A stretch of 64,000 nucleotides of DNA from Girardia tigrina (taxonomy: Eukaryota). Below are positions 14,501-29,600 of the stretch, piece after piece. Position numbers and translations under genes: made by a program. Below the pieces are notes generated by a model. That model worked only from the letters and a program-made list of their open reading frames with translations, ran no database searches and was not told the origin of the DNA. The stretch lies in the NCBI GenBank assembly GCA_001938485.1, contig MQRK01221314.1, positions 20,675-84,674 of the forward strand, given 5' to 3'. The first letter of the stretch is position 1. Each line of letters opens with the position of its first letter.

Positions 14501-17500
14501 TAATAACAATACAATCAACGCTGATCAGCAACAATTTAGATATATAAAATGTTCCGAATTTTTATAGATCTCGAAACAAAAGAAAAGCCTTTTTACACAA
14601 ATTCTCCCTATAAAGATTAAAATAAAATTTTTCGTTCATAATAATATTTCTTTTCTTTTTGTAATTGTGGTTTGGATGGGGATCCGTTATCGCCGCGTCC
14701 CCTACTTAATTTCTCAGAATCTGTGAGGCTCCGCGCGTCTGATAGACCCGTTTCTATTGGCGAAGGGGTTAGCCATCCGGTCGTAGGTAATGACGACGAC
14801 CGCGAAGTAGCCGTTCACATTCGACGCGTCGTCAGATCCTCCGCCAAGAAGGAACCGAGAGGATCATCCGTGTGCTTGAGCTCTAGAGAATCGCCGCTGG
14901 TTAGAGCTAGTACCAAACGCGCCTTTTGATGCGGAGTGCGGGAGATGAAATCAGGAACCGTGAATGAACGGCCAGTTCGATTCAACATCGTCGATCGATC
15001 ATAGACATCATAAGTCCCGAATAATAATGAAACATTCATTTTTAACATTTATCATTTATCAAACATACACATTTTAGAATTTTTTTCATCGTTCATAATT
15101 TCACTTTATTTATTTAAACAAAACTTTTTCTATAGTGTTTTTTACACACAATTATTATTGTTAATTTTTTGTCATTTAATTTTATTGATGGACACTACAG
15201 TACTAAAAATTGCTTATTATTAAATACGGAACAATGATTCTTACATAAACAAAGGAATTGAAATTCTGGCATCTTTATTCTAGAGTATCTTTGTTTGTAG
15301 TTTGGGGAGTTAACACAAATGTTTTAATTTTATTTATTTAAAATCTGTAAATAAAAATTTTCAAAATACTTAAAAAAATATGTCTTTATAAATAAAAACA
15401 TTGAGAAATTTTAGAGTTTAATATATTTTAAATTAAAGTCTAAAATGATAATTTTATTATTGAAAAATCATTATACAAATATGAAGAATTATTAAAATGA
15501 AATTGTACAAGAATCTAAAATAGAAGAAAACTTTGGTTTAAGATTTTTATTAAACAATTTTTCACACAATTTTTCTTTTATCTTCAAATTATTTAACCTA
15601 ATTAAAGTATTATGTTACTTGTTCAATAAAATAATACAAAATATAAGTAATAATGAACAAATAATGTTGATCGTCATTAGAATCAAGATATATAATCATA
15701 ATGATTCTTAGTATCGTTGACTTTATCGTAGATAATTGAAAGAAATCCATTATTTATATATTTTATAAAATTATAAGTCAATAATTTAAATAATTATTTC
15801 TGAACTCAGTGCGTCTCATAGTTTATTTGTATTAGTCGCACAAACTGATCGGATCATACGAATTATTTAAGATCATAAAAGATAATCGTTTTGGTCAACA
15901 AATATTTGTTTTGATTATATTAACTAAAATAAATATTTAAACTTATATTTATCCGTATTGATAAATGTAAAGATCGCGAGACTCCGGCATTGGAATGAAA
16001 GGGCGGCGGTGTTCCAGAATTATTTTATAGGACATTGGCTTTAGGGAAATACATTTATTTTGGAGGGCTTATCTTGACCAATGACAAATCAGCCGGTACA
16101 CTTTGAACTCTATCGGTGTACCGATACTCTCGAGTCGATACACGGATCTTTCCAAGCAACAATTCCCTGCACTTTTAAGGGATGATGGCCGCCACAACTG
16201 GATTCGGTGGCCGGCTTCTCATTTACCAAAATTAAAAAAAACTTTTATACTGTATAAATTATATGTAAATATATATACTGAAATATTTTGAAAATAAAAA
16301 TTAAAACGATTTTTAAAACTTTATACATCATAAAAAACGGACCAAGGGGTTTTATATGATCGCGAGTCAAAGGGCTTTACTCCACGGCGAAATTAATGTA
16401 AAGGTTCATTTCGGTGAGCTGTGATGTGACCTTGTCCGGTTTTCCCGGACGAGTGCAACATCAACCCGTCTGAAGGTGTTTGCATCTGGGCGGAGTTTGA
16501 GCGATCGTGTAAAGACCCGAAAGATGGTGAACTATGCTTGTGTAGATTGAAGTCAGAGGAAACTCTGATGGAGGACCGCCGCGGTTCTGACGTGCAAATC
16601 GATCGTCGGATATGAGTATAGGTGCGAAAGACTAATCGAACCATCTAGTAGCTGGTTCCTTCCGAAGTTTAGTTGAATAGCTGGTGTTTATGATTCCGTT
16701 GTTGAACCTTGTAAAGCGAATGATTAGAAGTATTTGGGGCGAAATGCTCTCAACTTATTCTCAAACTTTAAATGGGTTCGAAGTGCGCCTCCCTTTAATA
16801 TTTTTGTTGGAGGTGTACATCGAATACAAATGCCTAGTGGGCCATTTTTGGTAAGCAGAACTGGCGATGTAGGATGAACCAAACATAATTCAGTTGTGCT
16901 TTATATTTGTGTCACTCCTTTGACGGCGATTTTAAGATTCATCTTTGCAATTTTTGCTTTCTTTCTGTTATCTGAAACAAGTCCATTAGTTTATAGAAGA
17001 GTAAGTCTAAAGGGTAACCATGATGCTACTAATCAACCTCGACCATGTCGACATTTTATGCTGGATCTTCAGATAGAAAAAATGCTTATAATATTAGTTT
17101 GGGGAAAAAGAAATCCATTATTTTGGCGTGAAATTCAAAACTTTATTTAACATGTTTCGGATTGTCCTCTTGGAGTCAAATATGCACCGTTTTGTTGTAT
17201 AATTAGTTGCCATTTTGAAGGGTAGCTTCATAATGCCTCTCTCGTAGAAGTCTTCGTCCTTATTGGCGAAAAACTGTAGTAATCGATTTTCACAATCTTC
17301 TATTGATTCCAATTTCTTATCACTTACGAAATTTTGCAATGCGAGAAAAAGGTGGTAATCGCTTGGTGCCAGGTCCGGACTATATGGTGGATGCATTAAA
17401 ACTTACAAACCAAGCTCCCTGAGTTTCTGGCGAGTCACTACAGACGTATGTGGTCTGGCGTTGTCGTGATGGAACACAACGCCTCTTCTGCTGACCAATT

Positions 17501-20500
17501 CTGGTCGTTTCTCATCAATTGCTATCTTCAAACGGTCCAGTTGTTGACATTACAGATCTGAATTTAGTGTTTTGGCCATACGGTAGCAACTCATAATAAA
17601 TGATTCCTTTCCAGTCCCACCAAATACACAGTAGAACCTTCCTGGCCGTTAGTCGTGGTTTGGCGACCGTTTGAGGTGCTTCACCGTGCTTTGACCACGA
17701 TCGTTTTTGTACAATATTGTCATATGTGACCCATTTCTCATCCCCAGTAACCATCCGTTTAAGAAATGGGTCGATTTCATTTCGTTTGGCCAAGGCTTCG
17801 CAGATGGAAATTCGATCCATCATGTTTTTTGGTGTTAATTGGTGTGGAACACAAACATCAAGTTTATTTTTGAATCCTGCTTTGCCCAAATGGTTTAAAA
17901 CCGTTTTGTAGTCGATCTTCAGCTCCTGTGCGATGCTACGATGTCAACTTCAATCATTGCCGAGATTTTATCGACATTTTCAACGATAGGCCTGCCTGTG
18001 CGAGGTGTATCTTTAACATCAAAAATGCCTCCACGGAATCGACGAAACCATAATTGCGTGTAATTAGCTGTTACAGTATTGGCACCATAAACACCCTTCA
18101 CAATAACAGCCGCCTGGCTTGCATTTTCGCCTTTATCGAATAAAAACTGTAAAATGTACCGAATTTTTTCTTTGTTGACATCCATTTTTAACACCCTGTA
18201 ACTCAGAACTGAATAAAAAAAGCAAAACTTTTTTTGTGAAATTACTGTGAAATGTTACCTTGACAAAGAGCATAAATTTGAAATTGTTTTATCGATAAAT
18301 AATGAATTAAAATAATGGATTAAAATAATGGATTACTTTTTCCCCAACCTAATATTATACTTTTAAACTTTTAATTTTGGTAATATTTAATGTGGTAATT
18401 TATCCAATGTTCCACTGAGATTGCGAGTTTTACGAGCTATCAACATTGAACTAAATATAGAAACAGTACATAAACAAATATTATTATTGTGAGGTTTTGG
18501 CGCAGTCTTAAAATTTTTGAATATTTAAAATAAGCAAATATCTAAAATCAAAAGTCCTGAGAAGAATTATAATTGAAAATAAATTAAAGAAATTTTATTT
18601 ACTAAAAATGTAATTTTAAAAACAGATAATTTTGGAAATATTAAAACTACTTGAAAATGCTGTAAGTTTAAAATTATTTACTAAATAATTAATTTTTAAA
18701 AATATACAATCTTTTTTTTAAAAAAATAACCATTAATAATTTTATAATTAATATATGAATAGTTATAATTAAAACTAAAATTTATATATTTATATAAGAA
18801 AACTGATGACTGTCTTATGTATGTCTCGTTACCCCTTTTACTGAACATTTGGTTCGACCGAAAATTATTGAAAAATTATCAGTTCTGTAATTTGTGACTG
18901 ATGGTTTTGTGGAAATAGCTTGTAGTAGCTGAAGTGTGAAATTTTCCAATTCGTTTCTATGCTTTCTTGTGCGACTCTTCTTTCTTTAACAAAAATAGTC
19001 TATGGTGACATATGTTTCAAGGTGGAAGAGTGTTCTCACGTTGGACAGCTCTGATGCACGATTCATCAGGTATTTCTCATTCTTGCAAACGGTTAAAGTG
19101 TTTTCTAATCGACGTCGCCAAAGATCGTATTGCTTCGGTCTGTTGAGTTGTAAGTTCAAAGAAACCCAAAACAGTACAAATGAAACGTCTTTCCAAGTGG
19201 TTGACCACTATTACCTGGATGACTTCAAGCCATTTGTTCCAAATCCATTATTGTTGTAAATAAGTATTGATATCTAGTTCGATGTTTTTCTAAAGTTGTT
19301 GAATTAAGTTTGTAATTTAACTCTTGCTGCACAAATGTAATTATGAGGGGTTAGTTTAAATTTAAGTTACGCCAAAATAGTTTATTATTTTTTTTTAATT
19401 TGAAAATTTAAAAGAAATAAATTAAAAAATTAAAATGTAGAGTAAAAATATGATAAAATAAATACTTATTTAAAATATGCTTACAGTAATAACAATTGAT
19501 ATATTTTAATAAAAGTTATGAAATAAGTTTAAATAAATTTTAAAATAAGTAATTAATGGATCAATATTTTCAGAAATAATTTTTTTAATAAAAGGGTTTA
19601 TTGTATATTTAAATTAATTAGTTTTTATGATAAAGTTTCGTAAAAATGTTTAAATTATTTTGAAGTTTAAATTTTTTAAAATTTTCGTAAAAAATGTAAA
19701 TATATTTTAAAGTTTAAATTTTCAAAATTTAATCGAAAAAATTTAATGAATTAATTTTGGGCGAAATAATTGAATCAACAAGAAATTTGTTTAAATATGT
19801 GAATTATTGATATTTATAAATTTTGTGGTGTTAAATTATGATTTCGGAATTTGATAATAATGAAAGTGGAATAAACGCTACTTACAGTAATCATATGTGG
19901 TACTATCAGTATTCTGCCGATCTTAGAAGCCACAGAGTTTTATTTTTATATTTATTAAATAGTTTCATATTTTGAATAAGAGACATTATTGAGAACTAAA
20001 TTCAAAGTTATTGTTTCATTAATTAAAATATTATGTTCATAATAAAATAAATTATTTAATAATAGTCTAGGGATTTTTTGATATAGTAAGTTCTTTTGAT
20101 ATTTAATTAATGTTTAACGTGACAGAAGATCGTTTAGGATGGGGTCCAGAAAAGACTTAGCTTAAAAAACGTGATAGCAGCCGGGAAATCTCACCCGGTC
20201 CGGACACTGTGAGGATTGACAGATTGATAGCTCTTTCTTGATTCGGTGGGTGGTGGTGCATGGCCGTTCTTAGTTGGTGGAGCGATTTGTCATGTTAATT
20301 CCATTAATGAACGAGACTCTCACCTGCTAAATAGTACATTTGTGTTAAATCGCAAATGCTGACTTCTTAGAGGAATAAATAGCGTTTAGCTAAATGAAAT
20401 GGAGCAATAACAGGTCTGGGATGCCTTTAGATGTCCGGGGCCGCACGCGCGCTACAATGACAGTACCAGCGAGTTTTATTCCTAGCTAGAAATGGCCGGG

Positions 20501-20600
20501 TAACCTGCTGAATCACTGTCGTGTCAGGAATAGTGGATTGAAATTATCCCACTTGAACGAGGAATTCCTAGTAAGCGCAAGTCACTAGCTTGCGCTGATA

Positions 20601-20631
<31 letters not shown>

Positions 20632-23600
20632 TGATTGGAAAATATATTGATTATCTTCCAGGACCCATTCAGTCACCAAAAGGAAACTTTGTCAGACTCT
20701 TGATGTTTTTTTTCAAACTGATCAGACGTTACCACTTAAAGAAGCAGATATAATTCTGTGTCCCGTGTTACTGATAATTAGGGTAGAGCCTCAATCGATG
20801 AATATGTGCAGCTAAAAACAGCCAAAAGAGAAACGATGATCGAGACATAGTAAATCACGCACAATTTCTGAGTAACCCGCAATATATTTTTCACATTGCC
20901 AAAAGTGATGTAGTAACAACATTGAAGAAGACAAATAATTTCTTATTGAACAACACCATGAGGTATTGTAATTCATTATGCCTGGAGTTGATATCTTGCA
21001 GCCAGCCAAAGAGGATTGAAGATTTACTCAACAACAATTTATCCAAAAAAAGGACAACAAAATCCAGCGTAGAGCAAGAAGTTGATCCACACAACGACCT
21101 TCACAGTCCTCTAAATTCATCGTCGTCTCTTTCCTTAGATGACCAAGAGGTCAAAGAATTTGCACAAAATCCTTAACGTCAGTAGTGCAAGCAATCACAG
21201 TTGAATAATGTGAATGATCTCGTAGCCACGTACATTGTAGTAACAGCTGCAAAGCTTTTGGCCAAGATGCAAGTACCATGACGTTATGAAGATACTCCAT
21301 TAGACGTTCTCGGTAAGTAAACCGTAAAACAGGTATCAGTATATCAGGAATTTATCCACAATAAGCTACTTCTATTTCATTAATATGGTAAACTTCAATC
21401 TGATATTACAGACAGGAAACAGAGAGTGGGCAGAATTTCAGTACTGGTAACAAGTAGTGGTAAAGAGATGCTGCTTGGTCAAAATTGATCATGGAAATGG
21501 TAAAAAGGAAGCTGATGCATTCTTAGCAACGCTTTATGATTAAGAAATCAGACAACAAATTTGTGATCTAGTATTTGACACGATTGCTAGTAACACTTGA
21601 ATAAAGAATGGCATATATTCTTTCATAGCATGTTCTCTTGGACAAGACCTAGCTTGGTTAGCTTGCCACAATAATGTCATGGAATTAGTACTTCCTAGTG
21701 TTTTTACCACGTTTTTATTAGCTTGCTTTCTTGTCTGTTTGTCTGTTTGTCTGGAACAAATCTTGCGATTGATTTTTCGACCACTTTCAGTCATCCAATT
21801 GAGCTGAATTTTTTTATACAGGCTTGCTTCCGATGACAATACAATGTGATAAAAGAAATTTTGAAAAAAAATAATTTTTTCTAATATTTTTTGCAAAAAA
21901 CCACTTACGATTATCTACAAATTTATACACTGTATTAAATAGCAATCTTTTCGTAAATTTTCATGAATGAAGTTTTATACAGGTTTGCTTCCGATGACAA
22001 TACAATTTGATAAAAAAAATTTTGAAAAAAAAATTCCTAAATGATAACTAAAAATAGTTAAATAATATTATTAATNNNNNNNNNNNNNNNNNNNNNNNNN
22101 NNNNNNNNNNNNNNNNNNNNNNNNNNNNNNNNNNNNNNNNNNNNNNNNNNNNNNNNNNNNNNNNNNNNNNNNNNNNNNNNNNNNNNNNNNNNNNNNNNNN
22201 NNNNNNNNNTAGGTATAAAATTTCTCACATGTCTAGAAAAAAATTATTTTCCTCTTTTTAGTGCATTGGTAATGCTTGAAAAACGTGGTTGTTTTTATAA
22301 AAAAATTTTTTTATTAATAATATTATTCGTAGTTCGTTTGAACCAACAACATGACTGGATATACTCATTTTCAAACGAGTTTAATACGCCTGGCCCCATC
22401 CCGACCATTTGAAATATCATAAATATAATATTATATACATTTTAATTTTGGCAAAAATATTATTTAAATTATTATATTAAATCTTTGAAATGAACATCAA
22501 TTGTTATCTTTTAGAACCACAAGCTTTATTTCACGAGAATATATTTGCTATCGTCTCCCAATGGGACCAAACGAATATCCGAAGAATTAGAAATTCATCA
22601 AGATATAAAGCCGAATATCATTTACAATTTGAATATACATCAGAAATCTGGAAAGGTAAGCACTGGTTCATCTGGAAAGGCAATAATAATAAATGACCTC
22701 TTTAGTTGGTCATGAAGATTGTATCAATTAATGAGTCAAGTACTCAGTCCATGATCGGGAGGGAAACCCTTTTACCAATAAATAGCAATGTTTACTTTGG
22801 CGGATATAAAGGGAAAGCCAATTTAGATTCAAATATTTTCAATTCATCCTTTGTTGGAGTGATATACAAGGTGAGACTAATTTGGTTTCTAATTTACCAA
22901 AGGAACAAGGAGATGATTTCTGTTTCTTTTCCATTTTAATTTTTGAATTAAAATATTATCTAAATTCTTGAAGCCACCCAATTCATGATGAAGATAATTT
23001 TATAGGGTTACCCAAAAATGCGGCGCTTTTGTCATCGTAACTTAAATTCAGTTATTTGCGAAAAATAAAAATCAAAAAACATACGTGGAAATTAAAACTT
23101 CAATGAAATAAGAGATATAATTGATGCAGTTACAAATAGTCACGACCAGGAGATATCATTTGTCCTAGGTCCTCTCACCTCTTGCTGATCTATCAAATTA
23201 GTTTATAAAGAGTTTGCTTATGAACTGTTCTAAAAAATATTTCATTTCCTCAGTCGAGTTTGGTGTTTGCTGTCTTCTTAACGTCTACATGTTTTCAAGT
23301 ATGAATCAATCCATCAAATACGTATCAAGAGAGTAGAGTAGTTAACCTTCAAATCGGCCGAGGAAGTGAAATATTTTTTGAAAGTGCTCTTGTGTAAACA
23401 AACCCTTTATAAACTAACTTGTGAGATCAACGCTGTGGAATTCACAGAAGGCGGATTCTGTTCCATTAAGGTTTCTGTTATATTTCGCGTGGGCGGAGTG
23501 TATTACTGTGCACAATCATCAAATTACCTTTCCGAAAAAGTTTGGTTTTTTTCTAGGAAACCAATATATATTTGTGCATTGACTATTATGTCGTGGTCCA

Positions 23601-26600
23601 ACTTTTCAAAATAATTTTCACCACTGTGAGGAATATTTTGAATGTTTGATGTTTTGTGTTTGAATGTGTATGTTGATTTGGAATTGTGTCTCTCCTATCC
23701 AGATGGAGGATTAATATTTTAATTCTAATTATCTAAAAATATGTAATGTTTAAATTTATTTTTAATTTAAAATAATTGTAAAATTTTAAATAAATTAATT
23801 AATTTTTATATTTAATAAATAAATCAAATTAATATTTTTCAAATAATTAATAATCATTTTAATTTTTATCCAATAGGTTTTGAGTAAAAATTTTAATAAA
23901 ACATTTATTTCTCCATTTGCTAAAAAATAATAAAAATTAATTTATTAATCAATTTAGTTTAGAATGGAATCGTACGAAAGTTTTAAATTAAAAGAATTAA
24001 AACCCTTAAATTAAAACATGTTTTTTTAATAAAAAAAATGCAAAATTAAAAAAAACAGAATATAATTTTTCATTTGAAAAACAAATTTTAAAAACATTAT
24101 AAAAGGTTAAAATAAACAAAAAATTAAAAAAAATAAATATTTCCATTAAAAACTAAATATACTTAAATAAATAATTTTCATAAATATGTTTTAAAACTTC
24201 AATAATATTTTTATTACAATTTAAAGTAATTAAAAAAATATTTGAAAATAGAGATCGGCGGATTAAGCAAATAGTTGAAAAATTTGTTTGACAATTGTTT
24301 TATAATAGAGATATAATTTGAGTTAAAATAAATTCTGAAATTGATGTTACAACCACTTCTCACAATTAATATTTTCTTCTATTCTTGCTTCTCTCGGTCT
24401 TCCTTATCTTTGATCTTTTCTGAATTTATCTTTCTCTCCATAGACATATTCTTTTCAAAAATTTTTGACTCTTCTCAACGTTAAAACACTCTCCTCGCCT
24501 CATGAGGTAACTAACAGAGAAAGTATTTATGTAGTTTTACAATCACTCTTTCGTAATGTTGCAATGAAGAAATTCATGTTTTCCGTGGGAGGTTTCAAAT
24601 TTACACTCAGTAAAGAAAATAAATAAAAATAATTAAAAAAAACAACGTCAATACAAATAAATAAATTATAAAATCAATAAAGGAAAATCTAATGAAATTC
24701 AATTTTATAGCACAAATCAGACACGAAAGTTTATTATATTACCAATCGCATTAAAAGTGAAAATTCCTTTGCTATAAAAGCGCCGCTTTTTGGTCCCCCT
24801 ATAATAATGAATGAAAGAAAAAATCTTAAATTAAAATAAATACAGGGATCACTAAATAATGTTTGAAAACGAAGTCGTATGATAATTTAGAAGAGATTAG
24901 GCCGTAGGAAATTAATCAAAGCAAAGGGTGGACAGACATTCTAAAGGCAAAATAGAGGGAGAGAGAACATAGATGGAATGTAGATTATCAAAATAGATGG
25001 TCTGTTGGTCAATTGATAAAAATAATATAATAATTAATTACTTTATGGAAGTTGCTGTTTCTGTCAAGAAGCGTGGTCAGGAAATAATTTTAAAGAAACA
25101 TAAATCCTTCAACTGTCATTTTTGATAATTGTTTGTCAGAAGCCGTGTTTCCTTGTCCTAATTAATAATGATAGGGCTAACGAATTATTTGATCAAGGGG
25201 ACCGCGCCTCTTTTCCTCACTTTTTATCCGACTTTTCATCAATGTTCCTTCTGTTATTTTAATTATTCCTTACACCGAAACCTGTTTACAGTTACTTTAA
25301 TTTAGATATTTTTATTAATTACAAAGAATAATTGAATCGTTCACTTTTTAAGGCTCGGATTAAATCTGTCTTTAGTACAGAACCGGTGGATATTGTTCAG
25401 GAAATGGTGGCAGCAAGATCTAATCCAAACATTATCAACCATGGTAATGTCAAGGTCGTTATGAAAACAGCCGAAATTGGATTACCCTCGGAAGCGTCGT
25501 TTTTGGGAACACTTTTAGATAGGAAGATGTCGTTGACAATCAGCAATCCTTTGGTGTCAGTTATTCTTCCAAAATGGGATTTTGAATTGCTCGTTTCCTT
25601 TGAAATCGAATTCAGTACGTTTGAATCAGAAGGATTAATTCTTTTTATTGGGTATTCTTTTTGTTTATTTATTTCTTTAATTGATACTTCTTTTTGTTAG
25701 ATGTATTGACATTATCTTCCATGATGTTTGACTCAAGATTAGTGTTAGAACACAAGAATAATTTATAAAGATTTATTGAAATCAAAATTCAAAATTGTGT
25801 TCAACACTCAATTATTAAAACAACACACCATAAATTAATTTAATATTTAATTAAATTAATTTGGAGATACTTCAGAAAATTCTAGAACCGATTGTTAATT
25901 TTGATTTTAATAGATTATAGTATTAAGATAAATTATAATAAAGATAATTCCTCACAATTAGAATTCATAATTTCACACAAAAAAAATCATTAATGAAAAT
26001 TACGCAATAAATTCATAATAAATTTATATTTCATAATATTTAACAGAGACGTTGAGTGTGAAGCTTGAATATTTATCTTTGGGTCTATGGATCTTATTAC
26101 GCGGGTAATCTGTCGAAATTAAATTCAAAAATTAATATTCAAGCTTCACACTCAACTTCTCTGTTAAACATTTTCAAATAGAGCCTTTATTACATGATTG
26201 ATTGCATAATCATTATTTTATAATAAACGCTGCAAAGACTTAATTTATATAATTATAATTAATACTGTTACATTTCAAAGTGCAACTAAATTATATTTAT
26301 TAATAGTTTTATTCTCAAATAGACATTATAGTGAAAAATTATTGCTTTTCGCAGAGTTATGTTTAGTTTATGGAAGACTTTCCCGAAGGAACAGTCAGTT
26401 TAATTGAACATCATTTATAATTAACGACATGTGTAAAACTCCACCAGTTTCGGCGGCATTTGCGGCTGATCCGAGTAAGATTAATTAAATTTGGTTGTGC
26501 ACATTTTCCGATCATTTTATGAATACATTTCGAATGAATTACTTTTTTACACATGTACTTTTATACGACATTTGTGTCTTTTCGATCTACAAATAGCTCT

Positions 26601-29600
26601 TCTTTTTTGCCTTAAGATGAACTTAAAATATTTTATGGTTATTTTAACCAGTTCATTTGTACAGTCAATCAAGATGAATATTTTTATTATTATTACACAT
26701 TAAGGAATGAGTTTTGGAATTTTGGGACTCCAGATATTCATTGTAGGAATGTAAGAGTGATGAGTAAATATAGGTAGGATTTTGTAGACAAGTTCATTTT
26801 TTGGATTTATTATGCACATTTAAACCTTTTTTCTTTTTAAAGTCTTTCAATAGTAAAGTTGTAAATCACTGATGTTTTTGGTGTTGTTTTTGTTTTATAA
26901 GATTGTTAGTATACTAGGGAGCTGCCATTATTTTTTGAATTTTAGTATTTACCATCTCTGAAAGGAATTTTAAAAAAATATGTCTTTATAAATTAAAACA
27001 TTGGGAAATTTTAGGATTGAAAATATTTTAAATTAAAATCTAAAATGATAATTGAATTATTGAAATTGATCGTAAAGCGATCCTTATATCATGATCGCTA
27101 CTGATGAGTAACCCAGTCGGGGATAAATCTCAAAGATTCAGAAGACCAATACATCAAACAATTTTATTCCACAAGATCTATACAACTGTGAATATGTGTG
27201 GATCATACGTTAAACTAAAAGAGACCTTCAAAATCCATATGAAGGACCGTTCGAGGTTATCAGCCGAAGCACGGATTTGAAAACATTTGAAGTGAAAGTC
27301 TATGAAAATATCAAGCGCATTTCAGTAGATAGACTTAAACCCGGCTTCGGCCTACAATATCTTCAAATATGAGGGGGAGTTATGTAGAAACACATTTCTA
27401 CTTATAAAAAAATTAATAATTAAATTATTAATTTTTAAGTTTGTTTAAATATTCACTTTTTTTTAAAATAAAAAATTTTCAAGTCAAGCGAGTTTTTTTC
27501 TCATTTTATAAAATGTCTTCTTCACTCTGGAAGATTAGAATCACAACATACAAATTTAGCTAGACAACCAAAAGTCATGGTCCTAATGAAGACCAGTTTC
27601 CACTCTTATATGAATAGTTTGCCGCAAAATGCATCCTTGACCATGTCATCATCATTTTTGGGAATTTTATCAGGTATTTTATTACACATCGATTTACCGT
27701 CAACGGACTCGCGACAATTCGGAAAACTCACAAAACATCATCTGAGATTCAGTAGAATCGTCACGAACATTTTGATCCCATTGTAATAATTTATTTTCAT
27801 TACATGAATTATAATCCGTTTTAGGAATTAAAAATAAAGGAAAAATTTTTGAAATAAATAATATAAATTTACTTACCAAAACACCAAATAAGAAAACAAT
27901 AGACAATTGAGTTAAATTAAACTAAGTTAAATTAAATAATTAAATATAATTTTATAATCAAAATTTGAAAGCCAATTGAAAATATTTATTAATTTCGACG
28001 GTTTAACCGTCATCATCAGAACAAATGATTTTTCAAACGAAATTTACTTATATAGTGCAGTTAATGATTATGCAATCAATATGTAATCAGTACATAATTT
28101 AAAAACTCTCAACAAAGTTGTAGAGAGTGCAGTTTGAACGTTAATTTTAGGATCCAAAGATCTTATATATAACGCTTCACATGTCACTCTCTCCCAATAA
28201 TTTTTAAATTGAGTGCACAGAATTTTAAAGTGTTGTGAAGTTATATCTCCTTTACAATGTCTTCTATGTCCTGCAATGTTACTTCCACTTTCATTGCGAA
28301 TGTGTTCCTGGATTCTCTTACAGAGATGACGTGAAGTCTCTCCAATGTATGTGGCGTTACACCCATTACATGTATATTGATAAATGAGATTAAAGGTTTT
28401 ATTTTTCGCTCATGGACTCTTTCATCTACAAATAAAGGATGTAATGACAGCCTTAATAAATTAAACAAATTATTATATGATAACGGATATTCAAAATCGA
28501 TAGTGGAGAAATTAAGAAAGGAAACTATTGATAAATTAATTGACAAAAAAGTAATACTAAAATTTTAGATGTTCAAGATCAAGAGGAGATATAACTTTAC
28601 AACACTTTAAAATTCTGTGCACTCAATTTAAAAATTATTGGGAGAGAGTGATATGTGAAGCGTTATATATAAGATCTTTGGATCCTAAAATTAACGTTCA
28701 AACTGCACTCTCTACAACTTTGTTGAGAGTTTTTAAATGATGTACTGATTACGTATTGATTACATAATCATTAACTTCACTATATAGGTAAATTTCGTTT
28801 GAAAAATCATTTGTTCTGATGATGACGGTTAAACCGTCGAAATTAATTAACAAAAAAAACTTTAGTAAATTAGTTCCTCAAAATTTTTAAGAAATTATTA
28901 AATAAATAGGCTTTAAGTTAAGTGTAAATAAAATAAAAAAACAAATTTGTTTAACTTTTTGGTAGAATTGTGCCGGGAATCGAAAAGCAGCGTGATATTG
29001 AATTTGTCAGAATCATACATCAACCAATCAATCAATTCACAATCCAAGATTCCAAATCCTTTTCAATATCAGATAATTAATTGGATTTTAAAATTAAATA
29101 TAAATTATTTTTATGGATATTTGTTTTTCTCCGAGTGGTGTACCCACTGATACTAACAATCTGACTAAAACATTTTTTTCTGATTTCTTACATTCGATAA
29201 TCTGTTTGATAAATTGTAAAAACACATTGATTCTTACAATGTTTGATTTTTTTAATTTAATTCCAAAATTTCAAAAACTCATTTTTATCATTAATTAAAT
29301 CATCCATTTGAATATTGAGATCACATTTTTCTAGTAAGTCATTGTTGATTATATCTGGGACAGAAAGCAACTCGAATCCGTTTTCTATCAGAAAACTCAC
29401 AATATAACGCAAAAGCTCTCTTTCTAGTGACGCGAGATATCCATTGAAATAATATGCCCGATCCTCTGCACTAAGCGTAACGTTATGGATTTGCATTTGG
29501 CTTAATAATTTTCCGGTTTTTGAAGCAGTCAAGGAGAACTTATGTTTAATACTTTAATACTGATTTAATACTTCCCTAACGACTCCGGAATCGATTTCTT

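Larger units (their letters stand above)
27982..28854. mobile_element. Penelope-like element fragment with ~265-bp inverted pseudo-LTRs
   Basis: 27988-28251 is the reverse complement of 28584-28847; encodes GIY-YIG tail [28 protein letters not shown]; RT C-terminal-like LYDNGYS between the arms. Confidence 0.88.

Noticed and set aside
16100-16185. [13 protein letters not shown] resembling the TSG101 UEV domain
   Set aside because: Too short; flanking residues do not continue the match
16393-16644. 83-aa minus-strand ORF
   Set aside because: Antisense to the 28S rRNA fragment
27103-27130. CTGATGAG hairpin resembling a hammerhead
   Set aside because: GAAA box and stems too degenerate to call
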